Assembly: GCF_006345805.1 (NCBI RefSeq)
Contig: NC_043006.1
Location: 67,394,001-67,458,000, forward strand
Direction of reading: 5' to 3'
DNA from: Octopus sinensis
Lineage: Eukaryota
DNA length: 64,000 nt
Notes under the pieces: generated by a model
Told to the model about the DNA's origin: nothing
The model's database searches: none
Seen by the model: the letters and a program-made list of their open reading frames with translations, nothing else
In this document: piece by piece, positions 52,281 to 64,000 of the stretch
Layout of the letters: each line of letters begins with the position of its first letter
Numbering within the stretch: the first letter of the stretch is position 1
Made by a program: the position numbers and the translations under genes

Positions 52281-53015
52281 TAGTAACAAATCACGCAATT
52301 TTCAAATTGGGAAATTGGGTTCGTCAGTGATTCGCTCATCACAGGCAAGAATCTAGTACATATATCCTCGTTTAATACTGCTTCATTCATCACTGATCCG
52401 GGATAATACAGTACGCTCAATTGTGAGTTATGTAATGTTTATCACGGATTGATCCGAGATAACACAGGTCGGCGATACTGTTTGTACAACAAAAACGCTC
52501 CCAAGAGACTACCCGCAATGTTCAGCCACCCTAAAAGCACTAGCTGTCTCTTGTGTTTACATGGCCGTAATACGTGGTGACGTATTTTTTTGTTCAATAC
52601 ATGGGTTTATGTACTCGTACTTGTTCACGTGGGACTACTGAACAGAAAAATAAAAAGGCGCTTGATCCTAATAAAAGACACACACTAGTGAATTCTCAAC
52701 AGGAAAAGGTAGAAATGATCGAGAAATGATAGTGGAAGCTTTGCAAGAGTTTGGTATAAATGAAGCTACAATTTATAAAGTTTACAAAGTGCATAGAAAT
52801 GATAACATTTGTCACTGATTTATTTATCACTGCTTTGCTAACCTACTCTTCAGCCCCGTGATAAACGAGGATAGATTTACTGTGTGGCTAGATGAGTTAT
52901 TGTCTTTAGTTCTAGAGTAGCTGACGGGGTGAAAAGTCACCGATATACCAAGATGTTCCATGATGTATTTTGTAGTAAATTTTCCATATTTTCTTCGTGT
53001 GGTATATTTAAGCAC

Positions 53016-53115
53016 NNNNNNNNNNNNNNNNNNNNNNNNNNNNNNNNNNNNNNNNNNNNNNNNNNNNNNNNNNNNNNNNNNNNNNNNNNNNNNNNNNNNN
53101 NNNNNNNNNNNNNNN
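53016..53115. other. Assembly gap (100 N)
   Basis: Run of N; the round length suggests a scaffold join. Confidence 0.99.
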
Positions 53116-53574
53116 TTGTTTATATATTTTGCGGTAAATATATATTCATATTAACAATATCTTCTCGTTTAAGAAGCCTATTTCTTGTACTCGCAACCGT
53201 CAAATAATTGGTTGTGACACTGTCATCAATACAGAACAATGAGAAAATTACTGCTACTAAAATATTCCGATAAATACGAAAATGTATATTTACTTTAATA
53301 TGTAGGACATGATATTATCTCTGAGTGCCCTTTTGTCTTCGCTGCCATTATGATCTATTATATTATTGCTCTAAACACGAACTAATTTCATATTTTTCGA
53401 GGTCTCTGCGGAAGATATTTTACGAAACATTCGTTATTATTTCTGTAATATCTGTGATGCTGTTTAGAGTTGCTTTTTAATGTCAGCTTAACACAGTTTA
53501 TTTTGTAAAGTTGGTTTTACAACCAAAATACTGAAGTTAATGTAATTAATTTGCGCCACTCACTCCCCTGATAA

Positions 53575-53800
53575 TTAGGACTTTAGCAGAATCGTCAGCA
53601 CGCCGGGAAAAAGACTGGCGGCATTTCGCCCGTCTTTACGTTCAGAGTTCAAATTTCACCCAGGTCGACTTTGCCTTTCATCCTTTTCAAGGTTGAGAAA
53701 ATAAGCACCAACTGAACACTGGGGGTCAATGTAATCGACTAGTCCCCTCCCCAAGAATGTCAGGCCTTGTGCCTGTAGTAGAAAGGATTATTATTGTTAC
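53575..53800 (+). mobile_element. SINE family B with (ATT)n tail
   Basis: gcagaatcgtcagcacgccggg...gtcgactttgcctttcatcc...gaaaggattattatt. Confidence 0.85.
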
Positions 53801-53807
53801 TATTATT

Positions 53808-54354
53808 GAGTGAGAGAGCAGTGCATGCTATCAAAGTGACATTGGAGTAAAATATACAAAGCCCAGTATACCCATCATGACTACCCGTCTGATAAGGGTA
53901 CACCAGGCACATGCACCACAACCATATGTACCCGACGTGGTGATATCATATCAAGATTAACAGCGCATGACCTTGCAGGTGGGGCCCAGTTAGAATTTTC
54001 TTCTAGTCGGGTAGTCCATCCCGCTCAAAAGGTCCCTGAATAAGGTTTGTTTAAGGATGTTGAACGAAACACCCATGTTTCCGAAGGTGAATTATCCAAA
54101 CCCCAAAGAATCCCTTTCAACACATGGCTATGATGCTTCCCCACTACTTCTGCTCGTGATCAGAGATGCACGTATTGTCAGCCACTAAGGGACATGCTCA
54201 ACTGGTTAATGTCAAACAACTGACAAGCAAATCTGTGGTATTGAGCAGAATATTTGCTGTAGCCCATTTTTTATACCAAGACAAAACAATGTATGTGATA
54301 ACACTTCCAATTAGAAGAAGCCATGAGAGCCACTGCCTGATACTGCATCAGGGC

Positions 54355-54355
<1 letters not shown>
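53808..54355 (-). mobile_element. About 550-bp non-coding element embedded in (AAT)n
   Basis: (AAT)n on both sides of the minus strand; 3' end shared with 16736-16856; no coding signal and no tRNA head recognised. Confidence 0.7.
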
Positions 54356-54389
<34 letters not shown>

Positions 54390-54407
54390 TATTATTATTA
54401 TTATTAT

Positions 54408-54451
<44 letters not shown>

Positions 54452-54555
54452 TTATTATTCAGGCGGTGCGCTGGCAGAGTCGTTAGTACGTTGGACGAAA
54501 TGCTCACAGCGGTATTTCGCCCGTCGCTACGTTCTGAGTTCTATGATGTAGCGCA

Positions 54556-54670
54556 TCAGATGGAGGTTGTCATGACAAGCGCCAACCTCTTGGCTAACAC
54601 CTTGGCTAAAATTTTCAAGTCTGCATTGAGCAGAGTGATGGGCCTAAAGTAATCTATTGCGTCCAGACCG
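54556..54670 (-). mobile_element. Short non-LTR RT fragment (L1/Tx1-like)
   Basis: [24 protein letters not shown] matches the RT domain-1 motif RPIsLLN.D.KI.AK.LA.RL. Confidence 0.6.
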
Positions 54671-54699
54671 CTGGATGGATGGCTAGATGGTGGATAGAT

Positions 54700-55873
<1,174 letters not shown>

Positions 55874-55877
<4 letters not shown>

Positions 55878-56124
55878 TTGGTGCATAATTATTGCGGAAT
55901 TTTTTCAACAAACTTTATTCATCGAAAACAATAAACATAGTTAAAAGAAAGATCTTTAAATGACGATCTAACTGTATGCCAAGCAAATGGGGAGCAGTAA
56001 TTGAAGTAGATTGTGAATATGCTCCGGAATAATCATTTAAATGATGTTTTTGTTACGTGTTGTTATTGTTTTTGTTGAAAAAAATTTGTTGGAAAAAAGC
56101 CGCAATAATTATGCACCAACCCAA
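55874..56124. mobile_element. Mariner-type MITE (251 bp)
   Basis: TIRs ttggttggtgcataattattgcgg and ccgcaataattatgcaccaacccaa with TA on both sides; the TIR resembles the Hsmar1/MADE1 type (ttaggttggtgcaaaagtaattgcgg). Confidence 0.85.
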
Positions 56125-56467
56125 TATATATATGTGTATGTATGTATGTATGTATGTATGTATGTATGTTGGTATGTAGGTAGGTAGGTAGGTAGGTAGG
56201 GAGGTAGGGAGGTATGTACGTGTATACGTATATGTAATATTTTACTTGTTACAGTTATTGGACTGGAACCGCTCGGGAACCGCCTTGAATGGTTATTTTT
56301 CGAACAAATCTACCCCTGTACCCAAGAAATTACTTTTTAAGGACGGTATTTATTCTTTCAGCTTGCGTCAACGAAAACCACTCGCAAAATTTTTGTCGTA
56401 AATGTGTTTAAAGTAGAAGATCTTAGCCCAAACTTCTTACGACAAAGCCAATAAGTATATATATATA

Positions 56468-57142
56468 TAATTTAATCAGGTTAGTTTACCATTAAACAGT
56501 AGACGAAACGGTGCATCGTATAAGAAATTACAGGGTAAATGTTTTTTAATTTTCTCCTGGTTTACGGAATTGATGTTATTTTGCGGTTAAAGCTTTTGGC
56601 TGTTATTTCTAGTGGGTGAATGGCCTATTATGGCCGTTCCTTGATTGTGCTGTTGAACTTAAAAATGGTCTATGACTATTTAATTTTTTCCCATAGGCCG
56701 CTGGTGGCAAAAAAATTCTACAAATTTTTTTTTGGCACCCTATATTGATTAATTATGAATTTTCTGGTTAATCCGTAATGGAATCGGCGGCTTATATTTA
56801 TTTGCTGCCGATAAATTTGGCGCGAGTGCGATGATTTGAAAATTTTAGGTCAGATATTGCCGAGGCGGGAGGGACGGGAATGCCTCGTGAAAAATATCTG
56901 TTCCGCCCTTGGCTATTCTTTTACTGATGAATCTAAGGGCCTATGGTAGATTGGCTTGATTTAATTTAATCAGGTTAGTTTACCATTAAACAGTAGACGA
57001 AACGGTGGCATCGTATAAGAAATTACAGGGTAAATGTTTTTTAATTTCTCCTGGTTTACGGAATTGATGTTATTTTGCGGTTTTAAAGCTTTTGGCTGTT
57101 ATTTCTATTGGGTGAATGGCCTATTATGGCCGTTCCTTGATT

Positions 57143-57146
<4 letters not shown>
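56468..57146 (+). mobile_element. HHR family A element: one 495-nt unit plus about 180-nt terminal duplication, between (TA)n arrays
   Basis: 56468-56650 is nearly identical to 56965-57146; GUA sites at 56518-56520 and 57013-57015; homologous to 37141-38600 (ataaatttggcgcgagtgcg, ggccgctggt, gcctcgtg). Confidence 0.85.
56916..57022 (+). ncRNA. Type I hammerhead ribozyme with long stem II extension
   Basis: UUCUUUUA CUGAUGA AUCUA...UAGAC GAAA CGGUGGCAUC GUA^ UAAGAAA, with an 18-bp hairpin UGGUAGAUUGGCUUGAUU/AAUCAGGUUAGUUUACCA. Position 10.1 is A opposite C in this copy, so it may be impaired. Confidence 0.7.
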
Positions 57147-57178
<32 letters not shown>

Positions 57179-57244
57179 GTGTTTGTGTGTGGTGTGTGTG
57201 TGTTGTGTGTGTGTGCGTGTGTGTGTGTATAGATATGTATATAT

Positions 57245-57430
57245 AGGAGTGGCTATGTGTTAAGTAGCTTACTTACCAACCACCTGGTTCCGAGTCCAGT
57301 CCCACTGCGTGGCACCTTGGACAAGTGTCTTCTAATATGACTTCAGGCCATCCAATGTCCTGTGAGTGGATTTGGCAGACGGGAACTGAAAGAACCCCGT
57401 CGTGTATATATATATATATGTGTGAGTGTG

Positions 57431-57474
<44 letters not shown>

Positions 57475-57670
57475 TGTGTGTCTGTTTGTCCCCCACCATA
57501 GCTTGACAGCAAATGTTTGTGTGTTTACGTCCCGTAACTTAGCAGTTCGACAAAAAGAGACTAATAGAATAAGTACTTTGCTTACAAAGAATAAGTCCTG
57601 GGGTCGATTTGTTCGACAAAGGCAGTGAAGAAGCATTGCTGCAGACAAATGACTAAAACAAATAAAAGAA
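57245..57670 (+). mobile_element. SINE family A, full length
   Basis: aggagtggctatgtgttaag...ggcaccttggacaagtgtctt, internal (TA)(TG)n, tail aaatgactaaaacaaataaaagaa. Confidence 0.88.
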
Positions 57671-57839
57671 TACATACACACACAGACACTCACATTTTCC
57701 GATGCAGACTAGCAACGAGGCGCTTTACCGAAGCAGAACAGCCACGTTGTATGAATATGAAAAATCTAATTACACTATACTCTGAGTTTAATATTGAGTT
57801 CTTTCTTAGTTGTTGCTACTGTGATTACCAGAACAGAAA

Positions 57840-57882
57840 TCTCTCCCCATTCTCTCTCTCTCTCTCTCTTCTCTTCTCTCTC

Positions 57883-57945
<63 letters not shown>

Positions 57946-58466
57946 TTTATATATATAGTATATATATATATATGCACACAAGTATTCACGCTTATGTGTT
58001 TGAGCAAATGATAGCATATATGTATGCATGCTTGTGTATATAGAAAGTTATCAATTTACAAAAGCGCTCAAAGGCTTCTGCATAAATCATATGTATATGA
58101 AATGTGCTTACTTATGAAACACATACATTTTTACACACATGCTCACACACAAACAAATACATATTCATATACACACATTAATATATATATATTTATTACG
58201 TATAAGTATAGATATACTAAAATAATATATATACATATAACCTATAATATATACATACAAAAACTCACACATGCATATATATAGATATATATATATATAT
58301 ATATATCTATATATATATATATATATATATATATGATATCAACTTGTTTATATATGTTTGTATATATACAGAACTCAATTACACATATATAAGAGAACGC
58401 ACTAGGACACATACACTTCTAGATACACACAACACATATGGACATATATGCATGTGTATATATGAC

Positions 58467-58529
<63 letters not shown>

Positions 58530-58934
58530 ATTAATAGGCACAGGTATATGAATATTTGTCATATATGTATACATATATTTATCTATGCATATATATATAC
58601 ATGATTGTCTATACACACGCACATACACACACACGTACACATATACACTCACTCACACACACACACACACACACATACACACATGCACATACACACATGC
58701 ACACACACACACACACACACTTAGCATCCACTATTGCTACCCAAATATTAGGATATCACATTAGATGTTTTCATGAAATACAAATGGGCAGCTGATCGAA
58801 ATGAAAAAGGCATCCATTCAATTCCCTCATCTCTCATAGATCAAAGTTATATTAGTCCATCGTGCCGCCTTGGTCGACATTAAACAACAAGAATAACGAG
58901 CCGTGCAGATAGGTAGAGAGATAGAAAGATAAGC

Positions 58935-58981
<47 letters not shown>

Positions 58982-59081
58982 CAGATAGATATAAACACGT
59001 ACATATATGTATACATATATTTGTGTATGTGTGTACGTATATATAAGTGTGTATATATATGATGTGTGTGTAATAATGTAT

Positions 59082-59112
<31 letters not shown>

Positions 59113-59263
59113 CATATATGTTTGTCTATCTTTATATATAATATACATATCATATATATATACATACACACACATTTATTTGGAGAGAGATATATAACAG
59201 ATACATATGTATATGTATATATATATACATATATGTATATAAGTATATATGTATATATATATA

Positions 59264-59322
<59 letters not shown>

Positions 59323-59340
59323 GTATATATATTTATGATA
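57840..59340. repeat. (TA)n/(CA)n/(TAGA)n field
   Basis: Seen directly. Confidence 0.9.
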
Positions 59341-60509
59341 TATATATATATAAGCCCTTTTCCGAAATACTTAGTGATGTAATGGGACAAAGAGATCATC
59401 TTTTGCCATTTTGATTTGTTTATTTTTTTTTGCTCATTTTTGTTTGCTTTTCTCATTCTCTCTCTTCTTCTGTCTACCCCTCCTCTTTCTCTCTTTCTCT
59501 TTCTTTCTCTCTCTCTCTCTCTCTCTCTCGCTCTGTCTTTCTCTTTTTCCCTCTAATGCTTTCTCTCTCCCTCTGTCTTGTTAAGTTTACCTTTCAACAG
59601 ATTCTTCAAACCCGAACGAAATATGGTTGAGATGAGAAAAAACAAAATCGACCAAAATCAATAAAGCAGACGACACCCGATCTGATTGCTTTATCGATTT
59701 GGATATGGTCACTTCTGCTATTCTCTCTCTCTCTCTCTCTCTCTAACACACACACACACACACTATGTCTCGTTCTCTCTTCTCTCTCACTCTCTTTTTT
59801 CCTTTCTGCCTTTTATCCTTCGTTCAAATATTTTCCTGATTTTTCTAGTGGTAATTGATAAAAACCATCTCCCATAACCATTTGTGGGATTATATGTCTA
59901 TGTCCAGAAAAGGGGGCAACATTAATGTCTGTGGTATGTGTATATCTGTGTATATGCATATGCGCGTTTGTGTGTGTCTGTGTGTGAGAGAGAGCACGTC
60001 TGTGTTTGTTTTTATGAATGCGTGCATATTTATCTGCTTTTATATATGTATTTATTGTATATGGACACAGACATTAGTCAGTGGATCAAATATTCGCTTC
60101 GCAACTGCATATTTTCCTAGTTCGATCCCATTGCGCAACTCTGCCATATGAGTCAAATTTGATAGACGGAAACTGTACGGAAGTCCGTCGTTTACGTGTG
60201 TGTGTGTTTTCGTGAAAAGGCAAAGAGAAAAGAATGAAGGAAAGAAGAAGAAGAAGAAGGAGGAGGAGGAGGGGGAGGGGGAGGAGAAGAAGAAGAAGAA
60301 GAGTTTAGGGGCCGGTTAGTAGTTAATTTTCATGGGGAGAAGTTAGAAGACTTAGACAAATGAATCGACTCCAGTCCCTTTTTTTTTTTTGAAAAGCCTA
60401 GTACTTATTCTATCGGACTCTTTGGCCGAACTGCTAACTTATGGGGACGTACACAAAACAATTCCGGTTGTCAAGCAGTGATGAGAGATAAAGGCATACA
60501 CAAAGACAC

Positions 60510-60850
60510 CACATATAGATATGGCCAATTCCCAACAGAAAAGTCAGTTGAAAAGTCAGTCGGAACTCTTGTGCTTCAAAGACAAACTAAAAGACAATTT
60601 GAGGCGATGCAACATTCCCTTTTCTCCCTGGGAAAACAAAGCATTAGAACGCAGGGCCTGGCACCAGTCCTGCTTTTCTTCAGTTCAAAGATTTGAGCAA
60701 AGTCGGGATCAACTTCGTGCAAACATGAAGGCATGCTGGGAAAAAACCTAAATGGAAACCTTACTAATCATTGTGGCTTTGTGGCACGAAGCCAAGTTGA
60801 CCTAGCCGTCAAATTAAGAAAACACATAGTAAATGATCCACAAACACTCA
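60510..60850 (+). mobile_element. RTE (BovB-like) LINE C-terminal fragment
   Basis: FKDKLKDNLRRCNIPFSPWENKALERRAWHQSC and NHCGFVARSQVDLAVKLRKH; follows a partial minus SINE A at 60355-60500. Confidence 0.7.
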
Positions 60851-60974
60851 AGTTGAGTTCTGAACTTGTTCCATTTGCCAAAAAGGTTTGCAAGGCAACA
60901 GCAGGCCTCAAGAGACTCGTTCATAGAACATGAGCAACGCTTTATTTTACTCATATGTCGTTCACGACAAGAGA

Positions 60975-61360
60975 ATCCATCATATATATATATATATATA
61001 CATATAGTTGGGATTTACAAAAAAACAAAAGACGAAGACAGGCGTGTAAACAACAAACAAGTGTATTAGTTTAACGCTCGAGGAGGTGAGAAAGTCTTTT
61101 ACATTTCGAGCCTACGCTCTTCAACAGGAACACGAGAAAATAAACTGAGAGATAATTTAAAAAAAGCTTTAGTGGATAGCAGTCGATCATATATATATAT
61201 TATATATATGATGGATTTTTCTATATATATTTCAAATTTACAGAAAATAAAAGATGAAGACATGTGAGGGAATAACAAACAAGTGTATTAGTTTAAAACT
61301 CGAGAAAAATGGAAAAGTTTATGCCGTTTCGAGCGTTTGACCTTCGACAGAAAGGATTGA
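60975..61360 (-). repeat. Two copies of a (TA)n-embedded non-coding repeat (third fragment at 21790-21845)
   Basis: Both share acaaaaaa..aaaga(c/t)gaagaca..gt..aacaaacaagtgtattagtttaa..ctcgag..gaaaagt..tttcgagc. Confidence 0.75.
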
Positions 61361-61399
61361 GAGGATAGAAGTGGAGAGAGGACGAAAAAGAACGGAGAG

Positions 61400-61552
61400 A
61401 GAAAAAAATGTACGAGCTTCTTTCAGTTTCCGTCAACAAAATCCACGTACAAGGCTTTGCTCGGTCCGGGGCTATAGTAGAAGGCACTTGCATAATGTGC
61501 CGCTAAATGGAACTGAACCCGGGCCCATGTGGTTGGGAAACAAGCTTCTGGG
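61400..61552 (-). mobile_element. SINE family A, 5' half
   Basis: Reverse of ttcccaaccacatgggcccgggttcagttccattt...cttctactatagcccc. Confidence 0.8.
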
Positions 61553-61644
<92 letters not shown>

Positions 61645-62164
61645 TAGTATGTGAAAGAGGAAATACCGACGAGGCAGCACTCATATGAAACCTGGCTATC
61701 TGGATGTACCAACGGAAAACTGATCAAATAAAACCAAGTATTCAACACAAACTGACAATGCCGACTTTCGTCAACCGCAGAGAATAACATAAAATGAACG
61801 GAACATTGAAGATATTTATATCACATTTATTATGCAGTTACAATCGTTTCAATAACAGACGGGCTCGATAAATCATTTAACACGGTGGAATCGATATAAA
61901 CAATGATTTTGTAACTTCATGTAATATTAAATGTAACCCGGTTATGCCATTTCATTATGACCTTGCTTGCAGCCGAATGAGTACCTGTATAAATACAATA
62001 GGAGTTGGCGGGTTAGAGTGAAATAGCGAGCCGCTAATCATTTCGTCATGCCTATAGAAATGTGCAGAGCAAAATGATCAAAGAACAGACGGTCTTGTAT
62101 ACTGCTAGATAAATCAACAAAGCCGTTAGGCATGCCATCTTAGCCGTCATGCATGCCAAGGGAA

Positions 62165-62202
<38 letters not shown>

Positions 62203-62524
62203 ATATATATTACTGTGGAAGGTTCTCCGAGAAAAGATGACGGTATTAAAATTAGGGTTATAGTTAACATAACGACATCATTGGGAATGATTGCCTAAAT
62301 GGGAAGGGTACGCCTGGAGTAACATCAAAGGGACTGTGATGATTAGAATAAAAGAGAAAGGAAATAGGAAGGCAGAAGGGAGACAGAATGATTAAAGACA
62401 AGGATCATGAAGCATAGGAAAACAATAAAAGGTAGAAAGATATAAATAAGGGTATATAATTAAAGGGGCTGATTAATTTCGCATTTAATAGAGTAGACAG
62501 AAATTCAAATCATAGCCAAAGTAA

Positions 62525-62739
62525 CATAAATAATAATCCTTCTTACTATAGGCACAATGCCTGGATTTTGTGGGGAGGGGAACAGTCGATCACATCAACC
62601 CTAGCACTCAACTGGTACTTAATTTATCGTCCCTGAAAGGATGAATGGCAAAGACGACCTCAGTGGAATTTGAATTCAGAACGTAACGGCAGACGAAATA
62701 CCGCCCGGAGTGCTAACGACTTTTTGCCAGCTCGCCGCC
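62525..62739 (-). mobile_element. SINE family B flanked by (ATT)n
   Basis: Head ggcggcgagctggcaaaaagtcgttagcac; tail agaaggattatta; (AAT)n/(AAC)n at 62740-62845. Confidence 0.85.
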
Positions 62740-62800
<61 letters not shown>

Positions 62801-63446
62801 CAACAACAACGACAACAACAACAACAACAACAATAATAATAATATGATTTATTATCATTTATCTTTTGCTTGTTTCAGTCATTAGACTGCGCCATGCTGG
62901 GGCACCGCTTTGAAGGAGTTTCAGTGGAATGAATCGACCCCAGTACTTATTTTTGTAACAAGAGAACAGCTTCAACTTCAAACATATTAAGAACACGACT
63001 GTGTTTTAGTTTCATCGCTTTTACTCGGCGATTTTTCATATTTTCTCATTACTATTATGTTTCCTTAGTAACAATAGCCTTCCTATTCGTATACACATAC
63101 AAGATAGAGAAACGTCAAATTTTCCTATTTATCCGAAGGTGTTTGTCACCAAGCAATCTTTCTTTAGGCTTAGAGCCTCAGATTGTTTAGGGACACAAGG
63201 CACGTTATGAAACCTGCTTAACCACGTGGCTTAATGGCAAGAAACTATTAGTAGCTTGTACCTTTATACTGTGTCCATTGGATATTTTTCTTTCACTGGA
63301 TTGAGTACTTTTTAGTAGGTCTTACCATAACGGAATAGTAAACTACATGTGTGTGTGTTTATGTGTGAGTGTGTCTGTCTGTGTCTGTGTCTGTGTATGT
63401 GTCTGTGTCTGTGTGTGTGTGTGTGTGTGTGTATGTCTGTGTGTGT

Positions 63447-63506
<60 letters not shown>

Positions 63507-63603
63507 GTGAGTGTGCGTATGTATGAATGTGGATGTTCGGAATTTGAAAGAGAGAATGAAGCACGAGATCAAAAGAATGCTTAGAAAGAAAGAACCACTA
63601 GAA

Positions 63604-63977
63604 AATAAGAGCACTCAGAGAGCGCAAACCTCCACCATGGCAACACCAACGTCCTCTCAACGATTAGCCAGAGATGATTTTTAAAATGAGAATATCTGAA
63701 ATAAACTCGAATGCTCTCACAAACGAGAGAACTACAAATGAGCCCGACCGCTTTGAAAAACTAAGTAAAAAAAAAAACTGAAAATAATCCAGAATTCTTG
63801 TCCGGTACCGGATCGATCCCAAGATTTAATCAGTTCGAGCCAGTTACGAGGCCAAACATCCCTGAAAGTTTCATCGGAATCCATTAAGCGGTTCTTGAGA
63901 TAACCACAGACAAACAAACAAACAAACAAACGCGACTGAAGACAATAGCGCCGCCTTAAAGAAGATGGAGGTAATAA
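63604..63977 (+). mobile_element. Non-autonomous Helentron/Helitron2-type (HINE-like) element
   Basis: Start aataagagcactcagagagcgcaaacctccacc; body gaaagtttcatcggaatccattaagcggttcttgagata and (ACAA)n; end cgccgcc...gatggaggtaataa complementary to the 5' cctccacc. Confidence 0.65.
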
Positions 63978-64000
63978 AGGAGTGTTGTTTTTTACGTGTA

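Noticed and set aside
52929-53207. ORFs spanning poly-X
   Set aside because: They are artefacts of the 100-N gap.

Overview
This is 64 kb of AT-rich, microsatellite-saturated animal DNA, almost certainly intronic or intergenic. The SINE families and repeat density suggest a cephalopod (octopus-like) genome; this is inference, not checked by search. No host protein-coding gene could be identified with confidence, and nearly all ORF-track entries are translations of (TA)n, (TAGA)n, (CA)n or (AAT)n arrays. The recognisable content is decayed mobile DNA: a 3.3-kb R4/Dong-clade RLE retrotransposon sitting in (AAT)n plus a nested second copy, three CR1-like LINE pieces, two RTE pieces, a near full-length dead mariner plus mariner MITEs and remnants, hairpin MITEs, a Helentron-type (HINE) element and about 30 tRNA-derived SINE copies from three families. 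There is one 100-N gap at 53016-53115. The main unexpected result is several families of non-coding elements, mostly embedded in (TA)n, that carry type I hammerhead ribozyme (HHR) folds. Family A has 430-495-nt tandem units with a canonical core and a long stem II hairpin (37141-38600 and 56468-57146). Family B has about 300-350-nt units with a minimal HHR carrying the compensatory U3-A8 core pair in two diverged copies (13700-13740 and 34996-35036). A third, fully canonical HHR lies at 43367-43463. Their tandem and head-to-head inverted layout matches retrozymes or Penelope-like-element pseudo-LTRs and predicts self-cleaving, possibly circular, RNAs. All coordinates were read by eye; repeat boundaries are approximate.
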